From: Clostridiaceae bacterium
GTDB taxonomy: Bacteria > Bacillota > Clostridia > Acetivibrionales > DUMC01
DNA length: 64,000 nucleotides
Assembly: GCA_012840075.1 (NCBI GenBank)
Contig: DUMC01000178.1
Location: 9,645-73,644 of the forward strand
Direction of reading: 5' to 3'
Below the pieces are notes generated by a model that was not told the DNA's origin, did no database searches, and saw nothing but the letters and a program-made list of their open reading frames with translations. Both the position numbers and the translations under genes were made by a program. Positions 8,715-18,827 of this stretch are shown piece by piece (position 1 is the stretch's first letter; every line of letters starts with the position of its first letter).

Positions 8715-8829
8715 GACAGTGAGACAGGGGCAGTGCAGTGAGACAGGGGGACGGTTCTCTTGTCTCAAATGAGACAAGAGAACCGTCCCCTTGTCTCAAA
8801 TGAGACAAGAGAACCGTCCCCTTGTCTCA
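8712..8829. repeat. GC-rich palindromic repeat cluster: three 29-nt units in A, B, B arrangement, where A is the reverse complement of B, plus two truncated copies
   Basis: Unit A is tgagacagggggacggttctcttgtctca (8739-8767). Unit B is tgagacaagagaaccgtccccttgtctca, at 8770-8798 and identically at 8801-8829, each separated by aa. A equals the reverse complement of B except for one G/A position. Partial tgagacag copies lie at 8712-8719 and 8720-8730 and overlap the ldh stop codon. Confidence 0.9.
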
Positions 8830-8922
8830 CTCGTCTTTACTTCTCTCTACCACTTTATCAGATAATATAGTATAATTGTACTAGTAGTATATACTTTATT
8901 ATTTGATAAAGGTGGTCTTTTT

Positions 8923-9729
8923 ATGGAAAAGATAATACCTACCTGGTATTATCAGCAATTCGATGCGGATTACAATCTTGAATATCCCGGCGAAGGTTAC
9001 GGTGGATGGAAAAAAACCAACTTACCGATAAATCCGGATAAGACTCCCATCGTTCTCATGCATGCATGGGATACGGGAACACCGGAAGAATATCCTGGCT
9101 GGTACAGGGCAGTAGAATATCTGCCGCGGGCAAAATACATCTGTGACAATTTATTACCCGGCTTTCTTAAAAAAGTACGTTCAAGTAACATTAAACTTTT
9201 TCATGTAGCATCTTCAAATCAGATTTTAGAAAAATATCCAGGTTATTTCAAGACTTTGGAAATATGTGGTGAAGACAAATATAAATACGAGCAGATCGAA
9301 TCTGATGAAACTATTGAAAAGCTCAGGCGCTTTCGCAGTGATAATGTTTTTGTAGGAACCCATAACAAGAAAGATGTACAAAGAGGACAAAAATATCTTG
9401 ATTTTTATCCAACCGCACGTCCCTTGGATGATGAAGAAATTGCTTGCACATCGGAACAACTTTTCAAGCTGTGTAAACATTATAATATAAATCATCTAAT
9501 TTATACAGGTTTTGCTATCAACGCGTGCCTTACGGTGTCCCCGGGAGGATTTGTTGATATGTCAAGGCATGGTATTATGTGTTCAGCAATAAGGCAACTT
9601 GTTACTGCCGTAGAGAATAAAGAATCTTGCCGCTCTGAAGCACACAAGGATTATGGTTTATGGTACATAACAATTTTATCCGGTTTTGTTTATGACATGG
9701 AAGATATTGAAAAATATCTTTTGGAATAA
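8923..9729 (+). CDS. Isochorismatase-like cysteine hydrolase family protein
   Basis: 268 aa. The layout VLMHAWD ... HLIYTGFAINACLTVSPGG resembles the isochorismatase/nicotinamidase fold with a nucleophile Cys. AAAGGTGG SD. Confidence 0.5.
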   Translation: MEKIIPTWYYQQFDADYNLEYPGEGYGGWKKTNLPINPDKTPIVLMHAWDTGTPEEYPGWYRAVEYLPRAKYICDNLLPGFLKKVRSSNIKLFHVASSNQILEKYPGYFKTLEICGEDKYKYEQIESDETIEKLRRFRSDNVFVGTHNKKDVQRGQKYLDFYPTARPLDDEEIACTSEQLFKLCKHYNINHLIYTGFAINACLTVSPGGFVDMSRHGIMCSAIRQLVTAVENKESCRSEAHKDYGLWYITILSGFVYDMEDIEKYLLE

Positions 9730-9805
9730 ATTAAAATTTCAAAAATATTTCACTGTAAAAACTAAATTATTTTTCTGTTAAACTATGTTTAAAGGGGTGT
9801 TTTGC

Positions 9806-10699
9806 ATGGAAATGAAAAAAATTGATATTCACGTTCATACCCGGTTATTCAAGGAAATTGAAAGATTTGGGGGCGGAACCTATGCTTCCCCTGAAGAATT
9901 AAGGGAAATGTATAAAAAACTTGGTATAAGCAAAGGAGTAATTCTCCCAGGTATAAATCCCGATGCTGCGTTCCAAGTACAATCAAATGAAGAGGCATAT
10001 TATTTGACTCAAAAATATCCGGATCTTTTTTATTGGTTTTGCAACATAAACCCAAGATTCGGAAACAATACACCGGAATGCGATTTATCATATTTTATAG
10101 AGCATTATAAGAAGCTGGGGGCAAAAGGAGTCGGTGAAATAACAGTAAATATGTACTTTGACGATCCTTATGTGGAGAACTTATTCTATCATTGCCAAAA
10201 ATGCGATATGCCAGTGATTTTTCATATAGGTCCGAAGATAGGAGGCTGCTATGGATTGGTGGATGATCTAGGGCTCCCAAGACTTGAAAAAGAATTAGCT
10301 AAATTCCCAAAACTCAAATTCATTGGGCATTCTCAACCTTTCTGGGCGGAAATCAGCAGCGACTTAAAAGAAGAAGAGAGAAACGGATACCCGAAAGGTA
10401 AAGTTAAACCTGGGAGAGTAGTTGAGCTTATGCGCAAGTACCCAAACTTGTACGGGGATTTATCAGCTTTTAGCGGGTATAATGCAGTAACTCGTGACCC
10501 CGAATTTGGATACGCTTTCATCGAAGAATTCCAGGACAGGTTGTTTTTCGGAACTGATATTTGTGATCCTCGCAACGACATGAGATTATCATTCTGGCTT
10601 GATGAAGCTCTTGAAAAAGGGAAAATTTCAAAAACAGCTTATGAGAAAGTCTGTTACAGAAATGCATTGAAATTGCTTGAAGGAGTTGGTATAAGCTAA
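9806..10699 (+). CDS. Amidohydrolase-family (TIM-barrel metal-dependent hydrolase) protein
   Basis: N-terminal IDIHVHT metal-binding motif, later IGHSQPFW and FGTDICDP. The GGGGTG SD favours the ATG at 9806 over 9785. Confidence 0.65.
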   Translation: MEMKKIDIHVHTRLFKEIERFGGGTYASPEELREMYKKLGISKGVILPGINPDAAFQVQSNEEAYYLTQKYPDLFYWFCNINPRFGNNTPECDLSYFIEHYKKLGAKGVGEITVNMYFDDPYVENLFYHCQKCDMPVIFHIGPKIGGCYGLVDDLGLPRLEKELAKFPKLKFIGHSQPFWAEISSDLKEEERNGYPKGKVKPGRVVELMRKYPNLYGDLSAFSGYNAVTRDPEFGYAFIEEFQDRLFFGTDICDPRNDMRLSFWLDEALEKGKISKTAYEKVCYRNALKLLEGVGIS

Positions 10700-10716
10700 A
10701 ACTCCATATCTTTTTG

Positions 10717-10827
10717 GATGAATATCAAGAAGAACATTAAAAAGTACATCAGAATGAACACCAAAAAGAACACCAGAAAAAAATAGAATGAATATCAAGA
10801 ACATTAGAATGAATATCAAAATATTAT
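10717..10827 (+). repeat. Four direct copies of a (g)aatgaa(t/c)a(t/c)caa motif upstream of the beta-propeller gene
   Basis: gatgaatatcaagaagaacatta (10717-10739), agaatgaacaccaaaaagaacacca (10751-10775), agaatgaatatcaagaacatta (10785-10806) and agaatgaatatcaaaatatta (10806-10826). The last two are tandem with a 21-nt period. Confidence 0.6.
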
Positions 10828-10852
10828 TACTAGAAAGGGGAACTTCATTATT

Positions 10853-12019
10853 ATGGAACCTGTAAAGTATGAACTCATAAAACCAAAAAGGCTTACTCAC
10901 GGAGAAGGAAACTATTTCTTCGGGTACTACGACATACCTGCATGGAACAAAAAGGGAACCCATCACTTGTGCCACAAAGTAAATTTTTGGAAAAGAATGC
11001 CTACTGAAAATGATGTAGCCGAAATAGGCATGATTGATGTGGAAAAATCAGAGTACATAAAACTTGATGAGACAACAGCATGGAATTTTCAACAAGGAGC
11101 TATGCTCACATGGAATCCGGCAGCACCTGATGATGAAATCATATACAATATTAGAAAAGACAATAAGTATATGAGCGTAATCTTGAACATACACACAGGT
11201 CAAAAAAGATTTCTTGATTATCCACTGGCTAACGTGGATCCAACAGGAAAATACGGACTAAGTATAAATTTTTCAAGGTTATTTAATTTCAGACCAGGTT
11301 ATGGTTACGCAGGAATTATAGATCCTTTTTATACTGATAATCATCCCAAAGACGACGGTATTTACCTCGTGGACTTGAAAACAGGCAAAGGAAAGCTGAT
11401 ACTGTCACTTGAATACTTATGGGAATACTCAAATAAATCCTTATCGGAAGATAAAAAAATAGTAGTTAATCATATTAATTTTAATACAAACGGAACCAGG
11501 TTCGTTTTTTTACTTAGATATTTCAATAAACCAAACGAAAGATGGGGTACGGCAGTTATAACAGCAAACACGGACGGCACGGATCTTTACACTCTTTATG
11601 ATTATAGTGTGGCTTCCCATTACTATTGGATCAATGAAAAGGAATTATTGATTTATGCAACTCACTACGACGGCCTTCAACTGTATATTTGGGAAGACAA
11701 ATCAAATAAAGCAAGGGTTGTTGATAAAGAATTCTTTATAAATGATGGACATTGCAGCATTTCACCTGATAAAAATTATATATTATATGACAGTTATTGG
11801 GATAAGGATGGTTACAGGAATCTTTACATATACGACATTAGGAATAAGAAGGGGATAACCTTGGCAACTTATTATTCATATCCAGAACTTGAGACCGATA
11901 TTCGTTGCGATTTTCATCCAAGATGGAATCGTGAAGGTAATGCAATTACATTTGATTCTAATCATGAAGGGCAAAGACATATATACTTTATGGATTTAAA
12001 AGAGATTATCAGTAAATAA
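10853..12019 (+). CDS. Beta-propeller protein (TolB/PD40-like, possibly of the oligogalacturonate-lyase-like family)
   Basis: 388 aa. Repeated beta-strand-rich blades and a C-terminal FHPRWNREGNAITFDSNHEGQRHIYFMDL typical of TolB-like and Ogl-like propellers. The function is not assignable by eye. Confidence 0.4.
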   Translation: MEPVKYELIKPKRLTHGEGNYFFGYYDIPAWNKKGTHHLCHKVNFWKRMPTENDVAEIGMIDVEKSEYIKLDETTAWNFQQGAMLTWNPAAPDDEIIYNIRKDNKYMSVILNIHTGQKRFLDYPLANVDPTGKYGLSINFSRLFNFRPGYGYAGIIDPFYTDNHPKDDGIYLVDLKTGKGKLILSLEYLWEYSNKSLSEDKKIVVNHINFNTNGTRFVFLLRYFNKPNERWGTAVITANTDGTDLYTLYDYSVASHYYWINEKELLIYATHYDGLQLYIWEDKSNKARVVDKEFFINDGHCSISPDKNYILYDSYWDKDGYRNLYIYDIRNKKGITLATYYSYPELETDIRCDFHPRWNREGNAITFDSNHEGQRHIYFMDLKEIISK

Positions 12020-12140
12020 TATCAGTAAAAAATCAATAAGAAATCAATAAGTAGTAAGGTGTAAGTAAATAGTCAGTAATTAAACCCATAATTATGCTTT
12101 TACTAAATTTAGTATTCTTTCATGGAAGGAGAGAGGAATT

Positions 12141-13265
12141 ATGTCAGAAAATACTTTTCTGCAACAGGAAGTGTCAAGGCGGCAATTGCCGCCTCTTTTG
12201 AAAATGAATGACGGGAGAACATGCACCCATTCTTTATGGAAAGAACGCAGAGCGGAAATACTTGATATATTGCAAAAAAATATATACGGATATACTCCAA
12301 AAGCTCCGGAAAAGGTTACAGGAGAAATAATTGAGCAAGCCAGAGAGAGAGCATTTGCCGGAAAAGTTAATCAACAAAAGATTTTTGTAACATTTGATAC
12401 ACCAAATGGCAAGTTCGGTTTTCCTTTTTATCTCTTTTTGCCAAGAAGTATACCAAAGGCTCCGTTATTTTTGCTTATAAACTTTCGTCCCGATATACCT
12501 GATGTTTATTGTCCTGTAGAGGAAATTACAGACAACGGTTTTGCATTGGCGATAATTTATTACAAAGATGTTGTTAATGATAACCTCCATGGCGACTACT
12601 CTGATGGATTAGGTAAAATATTTATTGGCAATAGAAAGAGGCGTCCTGATGAATGGGGGAAAATCGGGATGTGGGCTTATGCTGCAAGCAGAGTACTTGA
12701 TTATCTTCTAACACGTGAGGAAATTGATCACAGGCATGTAGCTGTAGTCGGTCATTCACGATTGGGAAAAACGGCATTATGGTGTGCAGCCCAGGACGAA
12801 AGATTCTTTATGGGAATATCGAATAATTCAGGAATAGGAGGAGCAGCCATAGCAAAGCATTCAACAGGTGAACGGGTCATTGATTTTATAAAAGCAGGAA
12901 GCTGGGATTGGTTTTGTGAAAAATTCAAGGAATATTCCGGATATGAAGACATTAGCATGCCTTATGATCAACATTTTGTCCTTGCGGCTATTGCACCAAG
13001 GTACATATGTGTAGGAAGTGCAGAACTTGATAAAGGTGCGGATCCTAAGTCTGAATTTTTATCATGTGTTGCTGCAAGTGAAGTATACAAGTTACTTGGG
13101 TATAAAGGTATTATTACTCCTGATAAGTACCCTGAAGTCGGTACAAGTTTGCATGAAGGAGAGATAGGTTATCACATACGTAAAGGTCACCATTACTTCA
13201 GCAGATATGATTGGAATCAGTACATGAGATTTATGCGCAAAAAAATTCAAGATGAAAATTGTTAA
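12141..13265 (+). CDS. Alpha/beta hydrolase resembling CE15 glucuronoyl esterases
   Basis: 374 aa. GHSRLGKTALW followed by NNSGIGGAA mirrors the CE15 GCSRxGKGAL ... ESGAGG arrangement. Strong GGAAGGAGAGAGG SD. Confidence 0.55.
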   Translation: MSENTFLQQEVSRRQLPPLLKMNDGRTCTHSLWKERRAEILDILQKNIYGYTPKAPEKVTGEIIEQARERAFAGKVNQQKIFVTFDTPNGKFGFPFYLFLPRSIPKAPLFLLINFRPDIPDVYCPVEEITDNGFALAIIYYKDVVNDNLHGDYSDGLGKIFIGNRKRRPDEWGKIGMWAYAASRVLDYLLTREEIDHRHVAVVGHSRLGKTALWCAAQDERFFMGISNNSGIGGAAIAKHSTGERVIDFIKAGSWDWFCEKFKEYSGYEDISMPYDQHFVLAAIAPRYICVGSAELDKGADPKSEFLSCVAASEVYKLLGYKGIITPDKYPEVGTSLHEGEIGYHIRKGHHYFSRYDWNQYMRFMRKKIQDENC

Positions 13266-13313
13266 CAAATGGCATACCCAATAAAATTTTAATTTTTAAA
13301 ATTTTGCTTAATT

Positions 13314-13349
13314 AACTACAGGTCAGAATAGATCTGTAGTTTTTGTTTT
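13314..13349 (+). terminator. Rho-independent terminator after the CE15-like gene
   Basis: aactacag (13314-13321) pairs with ctgtagtt (13334-13341), followed by tttttgttt. Confidence 0.6.
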
Positions 13350-13872
13350 ATTTAATAATTAAATGTTTAATAATTATATGATTATTACAGTTTTTACTAA
13401 TTTACGAGAAATTTGAGCATTTTTTAAGGCTAGAAAAATGAAGGATATTTATTCAAAAGTTTCATGATTTTACTTTTTAAATATTTTTTATTTCTTACAA
13501 TTTAAAGCAAAAAATAACATCATATTCCAATACATGTAATTATAGTAATTGAATGCAACAATTCAATTTGTATTATGCATATTAATTTAAAATCAAAATA
13601 TATAATTATTAATTTGAATGTTAAATTTTGAATAAAATTATAAATAAAATTGATGAAATCTCATTAAATCAATAATTACAGCATTTACTCAGAAAATATA
13701 TCGGCATAATTTTATATATTTATATTTTCATTCGACTATTCATATTGAATTATACTTTTTTAAAACATGCAAGTTCTCTTGCATATTTAATGTAATTAAA
13801 AGTTATATTTGTTAAAAATAGTATGTTACTCAGGAAGTTAATCATATCAACAAATAAAATTGCAACTTTTAA

Positions 13873-15363
<1,491 letters not shown>

Positions 15364-15450
15364 TTATTTATATTTATTCTAATATAAGATAATAGATTTT
15401 TATTCCAAAATATAAGCTTTTATTCCAATATGGACTTATCCTAAAACAAT

Positions 15451-15490
15451 AAGCGAGGGTAAAGTTATCAAGAAACTATTACCCTCGCTT
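15451..15490. terminator. Bidirectional terminator between convergent gdhA and the MATE gene
   Basis: aagcgagggtaa (15451-15462) and ttaccctcgctt (15479-15490) are perfect complements. A T-run lies downstream and an A-rich stretch upstream. Confidence 0.75.
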
Positions 15491-15551
15491 CTAATTTTTT
15501 GTTTATAGCTTTAACCAACTTTGCAGTTTTAACTTCTTATATTATATACAT

Positions 15552-16982
15552 TTACACTTTTATAGCTGTTTTCCATTTGCCTGAATTATATCGAATCAGG
15601 ACCAGTAAGGAACGAAGCAATTGATCTGAAACCAGTGCAACCCAGGCGCCTTCAAGTCCCCAATGAAATACGTTTATGGTGATTAACGCCAATCCCGGGC
15701 GCAATATTAGGATCGTTATCAATGATATTATTGCTGTAGCTCTCGTATCACCTGCACCCCTCAAAGCACCCGTGAGAATGAACTGTGATGATTGGAGCGG
15801 TTGGGTAAATGCCACAAATTTAAGAATTTGGGATCCTTTCTCTATAACCGTAATGTCATTGGTATACAAAGAAACAATAGGTTTACCGAAAAAGAAAAAT
15901 ACAAGACCTAATAAAAAGGAAATTAACATTCCAATACGCCTGGTCCGAATACTGTATGCTTGTGCCATGTCCGGGCGCTTTTTACCTAAACTTTGCCCAA
16001 CCAAGGATGTTGCGGAAACAGCAAATGCTTGACCGTTCATAAAGGACATTGCTTGTATATTCAGACATACCTGGTGAGTGGCGAATGCTACGGTTCCAAG
16101 TGAAGCAACTGTTTTAGCATACATTATAAAGCCGGCTCTCATAATAAACTGCTCGACCATGGCAGGTATACCTATTTTAAATATATTTTTCATAGATTCC
16201 CAATGAGGTTTAAAACCATCCCTGAAATTTAAACGCAAAAAGTGGTCTTCTCCCCGAATTATTACGACAGTAGCGTAAACAAAAGCAACAAACTGTCCTA
16301 TGATAGTGGCGAGGGATGCACCGGCAACTTCCATCCTTGGAAAGCCAAAATGTCCATAAATCATAATATAGTTGAATATCACGTTTACAACATTTGCAAG
16401 CATATTATATGTCATAGGAGTCCTAGAATCTCCTACACCACGTAACGCTGCTGTAATAGTACTGGTTAATGCCATGAAAACAAACCCGATCATCTGGATT
16501 TTAAGATAAATGGTTCCACCTGCCAATGTTTCTGCATCGGATGCTCCCATGAAAAGAATCAAAGGTTCTGAATAAATATATCCGACAATGGAAGAAATTA
16601 AAGATAAAACAAATGTTAGCAATAAAGCTTGTCTTAGGATATTATTGGCTTTGCTGGGTTCATTGGAACCTTTATATCTTGCGATTAATGCTGTAGCGCC
16701 CACATTCATGGCCATAAACATGGTCATCATTAAAAATTTAGGCTGGGTAGTTAATCCTACTGAAGTAATAGCCCATGGACCCAGTTGTCCGACCATCATC
16801 ATATCAACCATTGACGTAAGCTGCGTAAGTGTTAGTTCCAGAAAAGCAGGCCATGCTATGCGCACTATATCTTTATAGAGCATATTAGAGCTAATACCTT
16901 CAGGAAGAGCTTTAGTAACACGTTCTACTTTTACGTTGCTGTATGTATCGTCATTTCCTTCTTCAACCAGATCTAAAGCCAT
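15552..16982 (-). CDS. MATE family efflux transporter
   Basis: 12-TM-type hydrophobic protein with MATE-like IAWPAFLELTLTQLTSMVDMMMVGQLG. The start is uncertain. The ORF extends to 17171, but the first 63 codons look like translated AT-rich spacer. The ATG at 16982 gives about 476 aa. Confidence 0.8.
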   Translation of the reverse strand: MALDLVEEGNDDTYSNVKVERVTKALPEGISSNMLYKDIVRIAWPAFLELTLTQLTSMVDMMMVGQLGPWAITSVGLTTQPKFLMMTMFMAMNVGATALIARYKGSNEPSKANNILRQALLLTFVLSLISSIVGYIYSEPLILFMGASDAETLAGGTIYLKIQMIGFVFMALTSTITAALRGVGDSRTPMTYNMLANVVNVIFNYIMIYGHFGFPRMEVAGASLATIIGQFVAFVYATVVIIRGEDHFLRLNFRDGFKPHWESMKNIFKIGIPAMVEQFIMRAGFIMYAKTVASLGTVAFATHQVCLNIQAMSFMNGQAFAVSATSLVGQSLGKKRPDMAQAYSIRTRRIGMLISFLLGLVFFFFGKPIVSLYTNDITVIEKGSQILKFVAFTQPLQSSQFILTGALRGAGDTRATAIISLITILILRPGLALITINVFHWGLEGAWVALVSDQLLRSLLVLIRYNSGKWKTAIKV

Positions 16983-17454
16983 TTTTATTTCACTTTTTGG
17001 TTTTTGGGTTTTCTTAAATGACTTAAAAATTTCAAATGGCTTATTTAGAATATTTTCTTTTTCCAGCTTCAATTTGACCGGCTCACGTCCTTTATCTATA
17101 AAATATTCATATCTAAAATATCTATACAATATATATAATATTATCATGTAGATGAAAAATTGTCCATTCAAGAATATTTGATTATAATTAAAATCGCCGG
17201 TAAACTAACGGTAAATATGCCGAAAAGCTCCCATATTTGAATATTTTTGTATTGAATTTTTTAGTAAAAAAGCGCGAAAATTTTAATTTGAATTTTAACC
17301 TTAAATTAGAGAGGTTAACTGCTTTTTGGATTGTTAAAAGAGGATTTGCAACAAATTTAATAAAAAATGCCGATTTCTATTATGGATTATTGTTAAAATT
17401 TCATATATAATAGATAGATGTATAATGATTTAAAAACACAGGGGGCCAAACTAT

Positions 17455-18369
17455 ATGGAAATTACGGCAGAACAAAGAAAAAACGCTAAAAGCCAGGGTT
17501 TTATATCAAACAAGGACGGCGTTCACTTTTCTGCAAGAATTGTCAGCGGAAACGGAGTATTAAAAGCTTCTCAGGTTCGGATATTGTGCGAAGCTGCAGA
17601 AAAGTTCGGTAACGGACAACTCGCTTTAACATCGAGGATGTCGGTGGAATTGCCTGGTATAAAGTATGATAATTTTGAAAATGTAAAGGAGTATGTGGCT
17701 AAAGCAGGTCTTTCAGTCGGAGGTACAGGTCCGAAAGTACGTCCGATAGTTCCATGTAAAGGGACTTTTTGTTCTAATGGGCTCTTTGATACCTTATCAT
17801 TGGGAACGAAATTACATAAACGCTTTTATGAAGGTTACAGACATATAACTCTTCCACATAAGTTTAAAATTGGAGTTGGGGGTTGCCCAAATAATTGTAT
17901 AAAACCTGAAACTAACGATTTAGGAATAGTTGGACAGATGGTTCCTAAATATGAATTTGAAAAATGCAGGGCATGCAAAAATTGTAACGTGGTCAGTATT
18001 TGCCCCATGGGAGCATTAAAAATTAAGGAGGACGGAAAAATAACGGCAGATAAGAGCCTTTGCATAAACTGTGGAAAGTGTATTGGAAAATGTCCATTTG
18101 GTTGTGTTCCCAAGGGTGAATTTGCATTTAGGATTTTTGTCGGTGGTAGATGGGGAAAGAAGATCCGTATAGCTACACCTCTAAAAAGGCTTTTTAACGA
18201 AGATGAGGCTTTTGATGTCGTAGAAAAAGCAATTTTACTGTTTAAATCCGAAGGAAAGCAAGGTGACCGCTTTTCCTCGATTATTGACAAGCTGGGCATG
18301 GAAAAAGTTGAGGAAATATTAGTGTCAGATGATTTGCTCAGAAAAAAGGAAGAAATCATAGGGAAATAA
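17455..18369 (+). CDS. Small nitrite/sulfite-reductase-like protein with an inserted 2x[4Fe-4S] ferredoxin domain
   Basis: 304 aa. Cys pairs CKGTFC and CPNNC in positions typical of siroheme/[4Fe-4S] ligands. Ferredoxin motifs CRACKNCNVVSICP and CINCGKCIGKCP. Confidence 0.65.
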   Translation: MEITAEQRKNAKSQGFISNKDGVHFSARIVSGNGVLKASQVRILCEAAEKFGNGQLALTSRMSVELPGIKYDNFENVKEYVAKAGLSVGGTGPKVRPIVPCKGTFCSNGLFDTLSLGTKLHKRFYEGYRHITLPHKFKIGVGGCPNNCIKPETNDLGIVGQMVPKYEFEKCRACKNCNVVSICPMGALKIKEDGKITADKSLCINCGKCIGKCPFGCVPKGEFAFRIFVGGRWGKKIRIATPLKRLFNEDEAFDVVEKAILLFKSEGKQGDRFSSIIDKLGMEKVEEILVSDDLLRKKEEIIGK

Positions 18370-18827
18370 ATACCTATGATTTTTTGTTTATATTTTTTTA
18401 AAATGATTATTATTTGCTAAGTTATTGATAAATGTTATTTATATATTTGTATGATTAGTATATTTACATATTTGATTGAATATTATTTAAGCATTTTTAT
18501 TATAATTAGTTACTTGTTATTAAACTTTTAGTTATTTTTATTATTAAGCTTTTTACTAAATATTAAACTTTTTATTAAATTTTAGCATATGCTGTGAAAT
18601 TTGATAATTAATACATGTTTGTTTATGGAAACTCTTTACTTTTTGAGTAAATAAGATTAATATAATAAGTAAATTTAAGTCAAATGTTATGTTTGTCATT
18701 TTCAATTAAATATTTTATTAGCGGTCTTAATGTATTAGTAGCAAAGTTTATTTAGGAGCAATCTTTAATTTTAATAATGAAAGTTTTTTCAAGTATGGGG
18801 AACCAATGTATTTTGGAGGTATCATCA

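Noticed and set aside
8739-8829. Possible CRISPR array, suggested by three 29-nt repeat units.
   Set aside because: The units are separated by only 2 nt, so there are no spacers. One unit is in inverted orientation, and no cas genes are present. This is a palindromic repeat cluster, not a CRISPR array.
16983-17171. An N-terminal 63-codon extension of the MATE ORF.
   Set aside because: The composition (Ile/Tyr/Phe/Lys-rich) looks like translated AT-rich spacer, and there is no SD at 17171. The true start remains uncertain: 16982, or the ATG of MLYKDIV near 16883.
17835-18359. A 174-aa ORF antisense to the sulfite-reductase-like gene. Similar antisense ORFs occur at 437-832, 799-1023, 14020-14450, 15676-16878, 23342-23867, 24095-24686, 24877-25224, 26733-27062, 27288-28182, 31362-31637 and 58307-58687.
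   Set aside because: All lie fully inside strongly supported genes on the opposite strand. They have no SD and show shadow-frame composition (Ser/Leu/Phe/Ile-rich). I treat them as non-coding.
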